Below are positions 51,102 to 61,274 of a DNA stretch of 64,000 bases, in pieces (positions within the stretch are counted from its first letter, which is position 1; each line of letters begins with the position of its first letter). The notes below the pieces were generated by a model. It did not search any database. It was not told the DNA's origin and saw only the letters and a program-made list of their open reading frames with translations. The stretch is from a virus, in the IMG/VR virus record IMGVR_UViG_3300003177_000005, positions 32,001-96,000 of that record; one strand, 5' to 3'. Made by a program: the position numbers and the translations under genes.

Positions 51102-51617
51102 ATGAGTAATGAAATTAAAGCAGTAGAGTTAGAAGTATGTAATGTAGAAGAGGTTATCCCATTTAGTGTGTTTACAAGACATTTTAAAAATGCATTAAAG
51201 GCAGAACTAGTTGAACTATATGAATTATTAAAATTGGTTGAAGAGGGTTTTGATAAGCAAAAGACAGTAAATATCTTAGTACATGGTACTGGTGGTAAAC
51301 GTGTAGTTGATGGTTTAAAAGGTCTTAAAGATGAGGAGATTACTAAAGAACATCTAATTAACATTATTAAAGGTGTTATAAGTGATATTGAAGTTGTTGA
51401 TGTAAGAGATAAGAAAAACCTAGAATTGCATGGAATCGCAATTATAATAAGAGCTTCTATAACATCTGTTGCTAAACTAGGTAGTAAATTGGAATCATTA
51501 GGAATTAATTTAGAGACAGTAAATGCTGGAACATTATCTATAAAAGATGAGAAGATAAAAGTATTAGTACCTGAAGTTGTTGAACCACAAACAGAAGAAA
51601 CTAAACAAGATAATTAA
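51102..51617 (+). CDS. Hypothetical protein
   Basis: 171 aa, AGGAG RBS. Confidence 0.72.
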   Translation: MSNEIKAVELEVCNVEEVIPFSVFTRHFKNALKAELVELYELLKLVEEGFDKQKTVNILVHGTGGKRVVDGLKGLKDEEITKEHLINIIKGVISDIEVVDVRDKKNLELHGIAIIIRASITSVAKLGSKLESLGINLETVNAGTLSIKDEKIKVLVPEVVEPQTEETKQDN

Positions 51618-51710
51618 AAGAGTATTAAATGAAGAGGTTAGTTCCTCTTCCATAAAAAGCATAAGTTAAGTGATTTATGAGACATAAGTTTTTGTTTTTA
51701 TTTATCCTTT

Positions 51711-51742
51711 ACACCAGAGTAGTCTGTTGACTACTCTGGTGT
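51711..51742. terminator. Stable intergenic hairpin
   Basis: acaccagagtagtc/gactactctggtgt. Confidence 0.6.
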
Positions 51743-51791
51743 TATACTTGATAAACACATTTTTATGAGATTATTTTTTTAAGGTTAAAAG

Positions 51792-52592
51792 ATGGAAAAA
51801 GTTATACCAGGATATGAGAATTATGTTATAGACGAGAATGCTAATGTTTATTCTATAAAATTTACTCATTATTCTCATGGGATTAAAACAGTTAGAGATC
51901 GACGAAAAAAATTAATACACACTTGTATAAAAGGTGAGTATTGTTATGTATCATTAATGAAAGATAGTAAGAAGAAAAACTTTAAATTACATCATTTGAT
52001 GGCAAAAGTATTTATAACAAAACCTAAAGGTGATAATTGGATTATAGCACATTTAGATAATAATAAACATAATAATAAATTGAATAACTTAAAATATATT
52101 AAACAATCAGAAAATATACAATCAGCTTATGACGATGGATTAATAAAAGGTAAAGGTAATGGTAAGATTAAGGTTTTAGTAATAAAAGGAAATGATAAAG
52201 AATTTCCTAATTTTAAGAAGGAACAAAATGATTTTTACTCAAAGTTAGAATCAATTGTTAAAAAAACTGGTTTTAATCTTGACTTTATGAATCCTAATAA
52301 AGAAATAAAAAATATTAATATGTTAAAAGATTATCCGATTATTATAACATTTTCAAAAGGGTGCGAAAAACAAAAGACGATAAGAGAATTATCAAGTGAA
52401 ATTTACATTATAGGTATAGGATGTCATAAAGATGAGAAAATTAAAAATGTTTTTTATTTAATAAATAGTTGTGATAAAACAGTTAATCAAATTTTAACAG
52501 ATGAAAGTTTGAACTGTCATTATACAGTAACTAAAACAATGGAAAAAGATTTAACTGATCAACTACTCAAATTGAAAGATAAATTAAATTAG
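51792..52592 (+). CDS. NUMOD4-HNH endonuclease fused to an unrelated C-terminal domain
   Basis: IPGYENYVIDENANVYS, LHHLMAKVF, HLDNNKHNNKLNNL..SEN; C-terminal VLVIKGN..FY..IIITFSKG. Confidence 0.8.
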   Translation: MEKVIPGYENYVIDENANVYSIKFTHYSHGIKTVRDRRKKLIHTCIKGEYCYVSLMKDSKKKNFKLHHLMAKVFITKPKGDNWIIAHLDNNKHNNKLNNLKYIKQSENIQSAYDDGLIKGKGNGKIKVLVIKGNDKEFPNFKKEQNDFYSKLESIVKKTGFNLDFMNPNKEIKNINMLKDYPIIITFSKGCEKQKTIRELSSEIYIIGIGCHKDEKIKNVFYLINSCDKTVNQILTDESLNCHYTVTKTMEKDLTDQLLKLKDKLN

Positions 52593-52801
52593 TTATGTCT
52601 CTTCTACACTCTAATGTTATTGTCACTAGTGTAGAGTTTTATAATTATAAAAAAACTAAATAACTCTATTAATTGAGGATGGTATTAACCCCACCATCCT
52701 TACTCCGTAACTAAAGACAATTTCTTCTCCGATACTGTTAAAAAAGTTACACCGAACATTTTAACTCCTTTTCAAAATGTTTATCCGATATCTATTTTTT
52801 T

Positions 52802-52850
52802 CTCTGTAAACTGGTCAAATACCAGTTTACAGAGTTTATCTTTTTTTTAC
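52802..52850 (+). terminator. Intrinsic terminator-like hairpin
   Basis: ctctgtaaactggt/accagtttacagag flanked by T-tracts. Confidence 0.7.
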
Positions 52851-52898
52851 ATCTGACCACTCTATTTAAATGACAGAAAATAATAAAAAGGGAAAAGA

Positions 52899-55865
52899 AT
52901 GATTATCAATGTTACAAAAATAGATGGACGAAAAGAACCACTAAATATAGAGAAGATAAGAAAATATACTAAAGGGTATGTACCAGGTAATGATGAAAAT
53001 ATGGTAGCTGAATTAGAATCTGATGTTCAATTACATTTTAAAGATGGGATGAGCACAGCTGATATACATGATGCCCTTATACGAGAGTGTACACTTAAAA
53101 CTGATGTTGGTAAATTAGAGTGGGATAAATTTGCTAAAAACTTATTTGTTTCCAATTTTAAATATAGACTAAAAAAAGATAAAAATATATTTGATCTTAA
53201 ATCTTATATAAGAGAAAATAAAGATAGACTTAATGATCGTATACTTTCATATACTGAAGACGAACTAAATCTTTTAAAAGAAGAGATTAATGAGGATAAT
53301 GACTTTAAAGAATTTACTTATAATGGTATCGTTACATTACTTAATTCTTGGGCAAATAAAAAAGGCGATAGTATTATAGAAACTCCTCAATATCTTTATA
53401 TGGGTTTAGCTATGTTTTTGGCTAGTAATGAAGAAAGAGATAGTTGGGTTTATTGGTCTAAGAAGTTCTATTATGTTTTAACTAATCATTATGCATTAAT
53501 GGGTACACCAACAATGAGTAAATCTAGATCAAAAAGACCACAGTTATCTTCTTGTTATGTTGGTGCAACTCCAGATAGTATCGAAGGTATAATGGATGCT
53601 AATAAGACTATCTCTATACTATCAAAGTTTGGTGGTGGTATCGGTTGGGATTTTTCTCCAATACGAAGTGTCGCATCTGAGATAGATGGTTATAAAGGTG
53701 TAGCTGGTGGTTCAATTCCATTCCTAAAAATAACTAATGATGTAACATTAGCTGTAGACCAATTAGGTTGTGTGGTTAAGGATAGTTATGTAAAAGTTAT
53801 AGATGATATTAATGAAATTAATGAAAGAATTATTCCTATTTATAAACTAAAAAAGGGTGATTTGATTAAATCTTACAATCATACTTTAAATAAAGTTGAA
53901 TATCAAACAGTATTAGAAACATATGACTTAACAGTAGAGATTAAGGACCAGGTTTTAATAGTATTCGAAAATGGCGTAAAATATTTAACATCTGCTTGGC
54001 ACCCTGTTCCAAAATTGATAGATGGTGAATATAAATATGTTCGAGCTGATAGTATAAAAGAAAATGATATAACTGTTGGTGATAATGGTGAAGAGTTAAA
54101 AATTGTTAGTGTTAAACACGGTGAAGAAACCGGTAGTAAAACAAATGTATTTTTCGATATTACAGTTAAGGATAATAATAACTATTTCTGCGCATCGTTT
54201 AATTCGGATAATAATATTTTCGGACTTATTCACAATACTAGACCAGGGGCCTTAGCACCATATCAAAATACTTGTTCATTAGAAATTATTGATTTCCTAG
54301 ATTTAAGAAAAAATTCTGGTGAAGAGCGTAGAAGAGCACACGATTTATTTTTAGCAGTTATTTTAGAAGATAGATTTATGGAAGCTGTGGAAAATGATGA
54401 AGAGTGGTTGTTAGTAGACCAATATGAAGTTCCTGAATTAATACACGCACAATCTGGTGAAGTGTTTAAAAGTAAATATGAAGAAACTTTACAAAGATTT
54501 AGAAACAATGAGTTAAAATTAGGTAAATTAGTTAGTGCTAAAGATTTATGGAAAAAGATAATAAGAAGTTATTATGAAACTGGTTATCCATTCTTATTCT
54601 TTAAGACAACAGCTAATGAAAAACATATGGGAACTGGAACTATCCGTAGTAGTAACCTTTGCACAGAGATTTTTCAAGCTACAGCTCCTGCCGAATATGA
54701 TATGGTTGTTTATATGGAGACAGGAAATAAGATAGAATCTATCTATATACCTAGAACATCATTAATCAAAATAGGTGTAAGAAATAAAGATGGTAAGATT
54801 AAATATAGATCAGGAACAATTAAGGAGATAACAGCTGCAACAGACTCAGTATATGTTACACTTAAAAATCCAAATGATAAAGAAGATGAATGGACAGGTC
54901 AAGAGTTTATTTTAGAGAATATTCTAAATGCAGAGTTAGTTAAAGATAAAGTTTCCGAAGAGTTAGCAGTTTGTAACTTATCATCTATTAACTTAGCTAA
55001 GATAAATACAAAAGAAGCTTTTGAAGAAATTATACCTATTGTTGTTCGTATGTTAGATAATGTTATTGATCTGAACTTCTATCCAGTATTAGCAGCGGCT
55101 CTAACTAATAAACGAACTAGAGCTATTGGCTTGGGTGTAGCTGGTGAAAATGAACTAATAGCAGGTAAGGGTATACATTATGGTTCAGAAGAGCATAAAG
55201 AGTTCGCTAATGAGCTTTATGAGATGTTTGCATATTACACAATAAAAGCTAGTGTTGACTTAGCTAAAGAAAAAGGTAAGGCACCTGCTTTTGATGATTC
55301 TAAATGGGCTAACTTTGATCATAAAGAGTATAGTACATTAGCATCAAAGATTCCTGAAGATGAATTAGATATACCTAAACCAAAATACTTTATGGACTGG
55401 GTAGGTTTAGAAAAAGATATTAGAGAGAATGGTATGAGAAATATTTATCTTATGGCTATTGCTCCTACTAGTACTATTGCTAGTGTACTTGGAACAACAA
55501 GCAGTATCTCACCAATAATTAATAAGTTAACATTTGAATCTAATTCTAAAGATCATCTATTGGCTAAGTACCCATCTAACTTATCAGCTGAAACTTGGAA
55601 TTTCTATACAAATGGATTTAAGATAGATCAAATCGAAGCTATAAAGGTTAACGCTATTCGTCAGCGATGGATTGACCAAGGTATATCTTATAATGTTAGA
55701 GTATTACAAGGAGATGTAACTGGAACAGACTTACATAATATCTATATGACAGCTTGGAAATATGGTATGAAATCAACATACTATTTAAATAGTATACCAA
55801 AAGAAAAAGAAGAGGAGAAACAAAAATATAAAGAAGATCAAATAACTTGTGTAAACTGTGAATAA
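52899..55865 (+). CDS. nrdA: Ribonucleotide reductase class Ia alpha subunit with ATP cone and intein
   Basis: VTKIDGRKEP, QLSSCY, GGGIG, SSNLCTEI, AVCNLSS, AIAPTS, IDQGIS, KSTYY, C-terminal CVNCE. Confidence 0.95.
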   Translation: MIINVTKIDGRKEPLNIEKIRKYTKGYVPGNDENMVAELESDVQLHFKDGMSTADIHDALIRECTLKTDVGKLEWDKFAKNLFVSNFKYRLKKDKNIFDLKSYIRENKDRLNDRILSYTEDELNLLKEEINEDNDFKEFTYNGIVTLLNSWANKKGDSIIETPQYLYMGLAMFLASNEERDSWVYWSKKFYYVLTNHYALMGTPTMSKSRSKRPQLSSCYVGATPDSIEGIMDANKTISILSKFGGGIGWDFSPIRSVASEIDGYKGVAGGSIPFLKITNDVTLAVDQLGCVVKDSYVKVIDDINEINERIIPIYKLKKGDLIKSYNHTLNKVEYQTVLETYDLTVEIKDQVLIVFENGVKYLTSAWHPVPKLIDGEYKYVRADSIKENDITVGDNGEELKIVSVKHGEETGSKTNVFFDITVKDNNNYFCASFNSDNNIFGLIHNTRPGALAPYQNTCSLEIIDFLDLRKNSGEERRRAHDLFLAVILEDRFMEAVENDEEWLLVDQYEVPELIHAQSGEVFKSKYEETLQRFRNNELKLGKLVSAKDLWKKIIRSYYETGYPFLFFKTTANEKHMGTGTIRSSNLCTEIFQATAPAEYDMVVYMETGNKIESIYIPRTSLIKIGVRNKDGKIKYRSGTIKEITAATDSVYVTLKNPNDKEDEWTGQEFILENILNAELVKDKVSEELAVCNLSSINLAKINTKEAFEEIIPIVVRMLDNVIDLNFYPVLAAALTNKRTRAIGLGVAGENELIAGKGIHYGSEEHKEFANELYEMFAYYTIKASVDLAKEKGKAPAFDDSKWANFDHKEYSTLASKIPEDELDIPKPKYFMDWVGLEKDIRENGMRNIYLMAIAPTSTIASVLGTTSSISPIINKLTFESNSKDHLLAKYPSNLSAETWNFYTNGFKIDQIEAIKVNAIRQRWIDQGISYNVRVLQGDVTGTDLHNIYMTAWKYGMKSTYYLNSIPKEKEEEKQKYKEDQITCVNCE
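53769..54236 (+). mobile_element. Mini-intein (156 aa) in NrdA
   Basis: DQLG|CVVKDSYV...TSAWHP (block B)...FFDITVKDNNNY...LIHN|TRPGA; no endonuclease domain. Confidence 0.92.
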
Positions 55866-55940
55866 TACTAGGCAGGAAAACCTAGTATTATTCTAGGTGT
55901 TTTTTAAATATATTTCTTTGAGATAAAAGAAAGGGTTAAC

Positions 55941-56981
55941 ATGTATACTTTTTTAGATAATTATATGCGTTTTGGTAAAAAGGGTTTTAATAATATTGCT
56001 TTTCCTAGACGCATTCATAAAGCTAACATAGTACGCCTTAAGGATTATTATAATAGATATCCTAATAAGGTAAATAACAGTAATATATTTGCTAGGATGT
56101 TAGATTTTGCACCTATAAATATAGACGATTCAATTTATGATATATTAGATCAAATACCAAGAGCTACATCTTTAATTAAACACACATTCCCAGTAATAAC
56201 TAACTTTAAAAAAGATATTGTCTGGCAAAGAAAATTTATAGGTGGTTTTGCACAGGTTTTAACAAAAGACTATAAAAACAATTTCACATATAAAATAACA
56301 GAAGAATTAATCACTAATGATTTTAGAAAAATTGAACCATTAAAAGTAATTTATCATAATGGTTACAATAACTCATATAGACACCCTTCTAATTTTAGAA
56401 ATACAGAGACAATATTATATTTAGATATTGAGCTTATGTTAGTTCAGTATAAATTATGGAGAGATAATCAACTTTTAAAGAATGGTGTGTATACATCAGA
56501 CTATTATGTTTATAATGTTTTATTAGCTGATATCATACCAGAGTTTATAGATTTAACAGTTTTAAATTGCATCTTAAATAATAATGATAAACTTAAGTTT
56601 ACAAAACAACCAGCTTATATAGAAGATATTTCGAGTCATATTTTAAAATATGTTAAAGAGTATAAAAAGAAGAAATATTATTTATCGAATTATGAAGGTG
56701 GCGCAGTGGCTCAAATGCCAGTAATACATAATGAGGTTATGTCAGATATTTTTAAACTTGATACTGATATAAGTTTTCATAATTATATACTTTACATTTA
56801 TGCAATATTTCCAGTTATAGAATTTGTTTTGAGAGAAGATAAGAATTTTATAAATAAAGGTTTATTTAGTTCAGAATTTCTTTATAATGATATGTTTACA
56901 AATACAAGCGAATTAAAAGATATCGGAACTAAAGAATTTTTAGACAAATATAATAAAGTATTAGAAAAAGTAGGAGAATAA
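55941..56981 (+). CDS. Conserved phiKZ-like core protein upstream of the chimallin block
   Basis: 346 aa; NIVRLKDYY..VNNSN, PLKVIYH, LDIELMLVQYKLW motifs; synteny. Confidence 0.55.
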   Translation: MYTFLDNYMRFGKKGFNNIAFPRRIHKANIVRLKDYYNRYPNKVNNSNIFARMLDFAPINIDDSIYDILDQIPRATSLIKHTFPVITNFKKDIVWQRKFIGGFAQVLTKDYKNNFTYKITEELITNDFRKIEPLKVIYHNGYNNSYRHPSNFRNTETILYLDIELMLVQYKLWRDNQLLKNGVYTSDYYVYNVLLADIIPEFIDLTVLNCILNNNDKLKFTKQPAYIEDISSHILKYVKEYKKKKYYLSNYEGGAVAQMPVIHNEVMSDIFKLDTDISFHNYILYIYAIFPVIEFVLREDKNFINKGLFSSEFLYNDMFTNTSELKDIGTKEFLDKYNKVLEKVGE

Positions 56982-56982
56982 T

Positions 56983-57741
56983 ATGAGTTTTTTAAATTAT
57001 GCAGTTAGACGAGTAAAGGGCATGGGTATACCCCCAAGGCTTTTGTCATTGATTTTACAAAATACAGATGTAGCTAAGAGACAGTCTTTAGATTATTTAA
57101 TAAGGACAAAGCTTTTAGAACCACATATTATGAAAGATTTACTAAGTTCCTCTTCTCAAAATTTAGAATTAGATTTAAGTCAAGTTAATTTACGATATGC
57201 TGAAAATGGTGTCTATATAGAAGTTCCAGATAGTGTTTTAAAAAATAGAGACATATTAAGTTTTGTCTCATTAACAGTTTCTAAAACAGGTAATATAATG
57301 TCCAGTTCTGGATCTTTAACAGAGATTGTAACTGAAAGACTTTCTGTTTTGAGTGGAAGTGGTGTACCATTAGAATATGTTTTCTTAGAACGATTAACCG
57401 ATAATATATTTTTTTTAAGTAATTTAAATATTGTTGGTAATGGAACTTTAAGATTCGAAGTAACTAATGATAAACAACTAAAGGATTTAAATCCTACATA
57501 TCACCATAAGTTTGCTAAGTTAATAAATTCAGGTGTTAAAGCCTTACTGTATAATAGTTTTATTATGGACCTAAATGAAGGTATAATTTTTAATGGTAGA
57601 GATGCTGATTATATAGAGAATATAGTTAGTAAATGGGAAGGTGAAGATGAAACATATTTCGAAGAGCTCGGAAAAGCCAGAAAGATATTCTTAATGAATA
57701 ATCAACAGTTTATGGACGACTTAATTAATACATCTATCTGA
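56983..57741 (+). CDS. Conserved phiKZ-like core protein (gp52-like) preceding chimallin
   Basis: LNYAV...IPPRLLSL, FAKL..VKALLYN..MDLNEG pattern; synteny. Confidence 0.55.
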   Translation: MSFLNYAVRRVKGMGIPPRLLSLILQNTDVAKRQSLDYLIRTKLLEPHIMKDLLSSSSQNLELDLSQVNLRYAENGVYIEVPDSVLKNRDILSFVSLTVSKTGNIMSSSGSLTEIVTERLSVLSGSGVPLEYVFLERLTDNIFFLSNLNIVGNGTLRFEVTNDKQLKDLNPTYHHKFAKLINSGVKALLYNSFIMDLNEGIIFNGRDADYIENIVSKWEGEDETYFEELGKARKIFLMNNQQFMDDLINTSI

Positions 57742-57928
57742 TTTATTCAGATGGGTGTATTTTAATTTTACCCTTTTTTTCTATTATATGAAGAAATAAC
57801 TTCAGGATGACAATTTTTGATTGTCATCATTGCGGTGGTGTAAATCATACTTTTTTTACACCTATATAATTTAATTGGATTATAACTATAATCCGAGCTC
57901 GGAGTAAAATAAAAAAAGGATTAAAAAA

Positions 57929-59713
57929 ATGCCAGATATCAAGTTTACAGGTCTAGATGACCAAGAAACAACAAGTGGTGCTACAGCTAGCACAGGTACA
58001 GGAAGCAGTACAGGTAGTACAGCAAGTAATAGTGGTAATAGTGGAGCAACTTATACTGCACCTATTACAGACAGATTAACACTAGATCAAGATGATTTAT
58101 TTGGAAGAGATAGCAATGTTGGTCCATTTATAGAACAAATTGAAAATTACTTAAAAGAAAAAAAATTAAGTGATAGATTTAAATTCGCAGCTATAACAAC
58201 AACTTGGAATAAGAAAAGTTATCCAGGTATCGCTATGACTTTTACTAAACCAACAGGTATGGTGTATGGAACTGCTGTAATGTTACCGTTCTTAGATAGA
58301 TTAGTTTCTCTACAAGAAGCAGAACATCAAATGCAGAGAACAAAGTCATTTAAAACAACTGGTAGTTACTTAGATGAAGACTTCTTAGTAAAAGCTAAAG
58401 AAGTTATTGAAACAGAACTAAAACAGGTGGTAAGCAAGTTTATGAAACCAGTAGCCATAAACTATGAGACTATGTTCTTAGATTCTATTAAAGAGCACCT
58501 ATGGCTATTGCATAGCTTTGCTACAAAAGTAGATGAAGGGATGGAATTCAACATTGCAAAACCATTCAGAGACCCAGCAATAAAAGCTGCTGCTAAAGTA
58601 GAATTATATGCATCTCGAGATACAAAACCAGAGGTTCGTGCTGATTGGACGCTAACAACTAGTGTAGAACCTGAGACTCAAGGTGGTGATGGAGTAACAC
58701 AATTCCCGATCGCCAATACAAGCGGTTATGTTGATTATATCTTTACAGGTAACGACCCAGCGAAAAAACAAATACCAGGAGCTAAACCGTTTCTATTGAT
58801 ACCAGTGGTTTATATCACTGATGTTGATACATCTGTTAAAACACCTAACGGTTTTGCCTTAGGACTTGTATCAAGTTTCTTTGGTGTAGTTAGTTGGACT
58901 AAGTTAGCTATGATGGCGGGACAAGGTAATGGTACTCAAGCTATTAATGACCCAGGGAATATTAACCCTTTCTTACACGTTGATGCAAATAATAAACCAG
59001 CAAAAGCAGTTAAGATTGTATCGGACAAAAAGAAACCTGCTGGTCAAGTAGAAGCAGAATTAATGTCTTTAACAGCTGATGGGGTTGGTGGGCATGCTAA
59101 ACCATTAGTAGGGTGTCAAATCAGACTACAAGATAAATACTCTGTGCTTGCACAAGATTTATTGAAACTAGTTGTTAATACAGATTACAGTGCTGGACAG
59201 AACTTAGTTAAATCTTTAAATATTCTAACAGATGGACATTTTCCATTGAATTTCCCAGTTGATAGAATTGTTTATAAGAAGACAATTACAGTAACAGGAT
59301 TTAATGTTATTAATGAAACAAGAGTACCATTTGATATTCTTGATACAGCTTGGAGTGCAACAGTTAATGAGAAAACTTTCAATGCACATGTACAAGTTGC
59401 AGAATCTAGCCCTAATGCTAATGCAGTTAGACTTGATGAAGTAAAAACATTTAATAAACATTTAGACTCTGCTATCCTAACTGATACGGAAGTGAAGTTC
59501 ATCTTCCAGGAGACATTTGTACACGCAATCAAAAATGCATTAGTAAAAGCCGGATTTAGACCTACTAATGATAGATTAACCACACAGACTACTTATGGAG
59601 TAACTACTAATGTTACAGATTTTGTAACAGCAATGGTAACAGATAATATTGGATATGCGGCAACAAATACAACTACAGATGTTTATACACAGCCAATATA
59701 CAGTATTAATTAA
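57929..59713 (+). CDS. chmA: Chimallin (phage nuclear shell protein)
   Basis: 594 aa, low-complexity N-terminal tail, VRADW..., SGYVDYIF, IPVVYIT motifs, high-expression codon usage, directly upstream of RNAP beta' as in phiKZ gp54-gp55. Confidence 0.75.
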   Translation: MPDIKFTGLDDQETTSGATASTGTGSSTGSTASNSGNSGATYTAPITDRLTLDQDDLFGRDSNVGPFIEQIENYLKEKKLSDRFKFAAITTTWNKKSYPGIAMTFTKPTGMVYGTAVMLPFLDRLVSLQEAEHQMQRTKSFKTTGSYLDEDFLVKAKEVIETELKQVVSKFMKPVAINYETMFLDSIKEHLWLLHSFATKVDEGMEFNIAKPFRDPAIKAAAKVELYASRDTKPEVRADWTLTTSVEPETQGGDGVTQFPIANTSGYVDYIFTGNDPAKKQIPGAKPFLLIPVVYITDVDTSVKTPNGFALGLVSSFFGVVSWTKLAMMAGQGNGTQAINDPGNINPFLHVDANNKPAKAVKIVSDKKKPAGQVEAELMSLTADGVGGHAKPLVGCQIRLQDKYSVLAQDLLKLVVNTDYSAGQNLVKSLNILTDGHFPLNFPVDRIVYKKTITVTGFNVINETRVPFDILDTAWSATVNEKTFNAHVQVAESSPNANAVRLDEVKTFNKHLDSAILTDTEVKFIFQETFVHAIKNALVKAGFRPTNDRLTTQTTYGVTTNVTDFVTAMVTDNIGYAATNTTTDVYTQPIYSIN

Positions 59714-59731
59714 ACCTTAATTAAAAAACTA

Positions 59732-59776
59732 CAGTTAGTCAATTATATTGACTAACTGGTTACACTAATTTTTTTT
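59732..59776 (+). terminator. Terminator after chmA
   Basis: cagttagtcaat/attgactaactg then T-tract. Confidence 0.65.
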
Positions 59777-59791
59777 AATCAAAGGGGTAAA

Positions 59792-61264
59792 ATGTTACAC
59801 GGGAGCTATTTAGACCAAACTGCTATGTTTATGCATAGTAAAAATGTTTTTATTGTAAATGATGCTCCAGAAGGAGTTAAATCTATAGCTGAATTAAATA
59901 ATTATTTAGCAGCCGTATATAGTGGTGATACATTTAGTACGGTACCAAAGTGTAGTTGTGTCGGTGATAAAGCTTGGGTAAATAAAGGATGGGCTAACCT
60001 TGGTAAGTTTTGTAAGGATTGTCAAGATATAGTTAGAGACCCTTTAGAATTTCAAGGTGTTAAAATCTGGTGTCGTCGTTTAGAGGGTGCTGGGCGATTT
60101 ATTAATTTAACTTTTTATCAACAACTAGGTGATATAATAAATAGGAAAAACTTTAATACTCTACGATGGTTAACTGACCAACAATATAATCCCCCATCCT
60201 TAAAGGATAATGTTGCTTTAACAATGACTTATAAATCTATCAATGGATTTACAAGAAATTATACTTGGTTTACAAAGAATGTAGAGAAGATTTTAGTTGC
60301 TACAATACATAGTAGTTTCTTTTCTAAGAAAGATAAGCAAGATAAAGTAGAAAGTTTAAAATTACTACTACAATTTTTTAAAGAGAATAAGAGTAAAATG
60401 TTCTTTGATTATCTACCTTTAATAGGTAGTGACTTATTTGTACAAGAAATAAGGAAAAAGGGTAAGGCTGTTGATACTAATCTAGTTTCAGGTGATATTT
60501 TGGATATAGCTATCAAGTATCTAGAAGAGTCTAAGAAAACTTTAACACCTGAAAAAGCTGATATGATAACAGCAAGAGTTTTAGAAAAGATAACAGAAGT
60601 ATATAGAGAGATAGATAAGAAATTTTTATCTGGTAAAACTAAGATGTTGCGTAGACAAATCTACGGATTCTCTGCTACATATACTGGTAGATGTGTAGCA
60701 ACACCTCTTAGTGATAATTACAGATACGATCAAGTTGTTTTACCTTGGTCTATAGCTTTAACTATGTTTCGACCAGCTATAATAAACAAGTTAGTTAAAA
60801 AGAAGACTTATAGTTATAGAAAGATTGCCCAGATGATGGATTTAGCAACTACACATTTTAATAAAGAGATATACGATATAATGTTAGAACTAATAGATGA
60901 GTCATTTGACCCTAGAGGTATACCATCATTAATTAATAGAAACCCAACATTATTACCAGGTTCTATATTAATGTTATATATAGCTGGTGTAAATAAGAAT
61001 CCTAATGTTAAGGTTATAGCTATTTCGGCATTAATAGCTGCTTGGCCTAACTTGGACTTTGATGGAGATAACTTAAATATTAAACTTATAACCGATAGAT
61101 TATTATATTCTTTGTTTAAACGCTTTGAAGTTGAAAATAACATGTATAATATAAAAGACCTTTATAAGTTATCAGGTGGAGAGACTCCTACAAAGACTAC
61201 AATATCTCTTTTAGCAACTAGGTTATTGAGAAGTAGAGAGAGAAATAAAGAACTATTGTTATAA
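59792..61264 (+). CDS. Non-virion multisubunit RNA polymerase beta' N-terminal subunit (phiKZ gp55-like)
   Basis: Zn site CSC..CKDC, LSGKTKMLRRQIYG, GRCV, NRNPTL, catalytic NLDFDGD. Confidence 0.92.
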   Translation: MLHGSYLDQTAMFMHSKNVFIVNDAPEGVKSIAELNNYLAAVYSGDTFSTVPKCSCVGDKAWVNKGWANLGKFCKDCQDIVRDPLEFQGVKIWCRRLEGAGRFINLTFYQQLGDIINRKNFNTLRWLTDQQYNPPSLKDNVALTMTYKSINGFTRNYTWFTKNVEKILVATIHSSFFSKKDKQDKVESLKLLLQFFKENKSKMFFDYLPLIGSDLFVQEIRKKGKAVDTNLVSGDILDIAIKYLEESKKTLTPEKADMITARVLEKITEVYREIDKKFLSGKTKMLRRQIYGFSATYTGRCVATPLSDNYRYDQVVLPWSIALTMFRPAIINKLVKKKTYSYRKIAQMMDLATTHFNKEIYDIMLELIDESFDPRGIPSLINRNPTLLPGSILMLYIAGVNKNPNVKVIAISALIAAWPNLDFDGDNLNIKLITDRLLYSLFKRFEVENNMYNIKDLYKLSGGETPTKTTISLLATRLLRSRERNKELLL

Positions 61265-61274
61265 AGGAGTTAAA

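Noticed and set aside
1627-61143. Numerous 60-160 aa Ser/Leu/Ile/Phe-rich ORFs opposite long genes (e.g. 1627, 4777, 8452, 32066, 54263, 59272, 60814)
   Set aside because: Typical reverse-frame artefacts of AT-rich coding DNA; no RBS.
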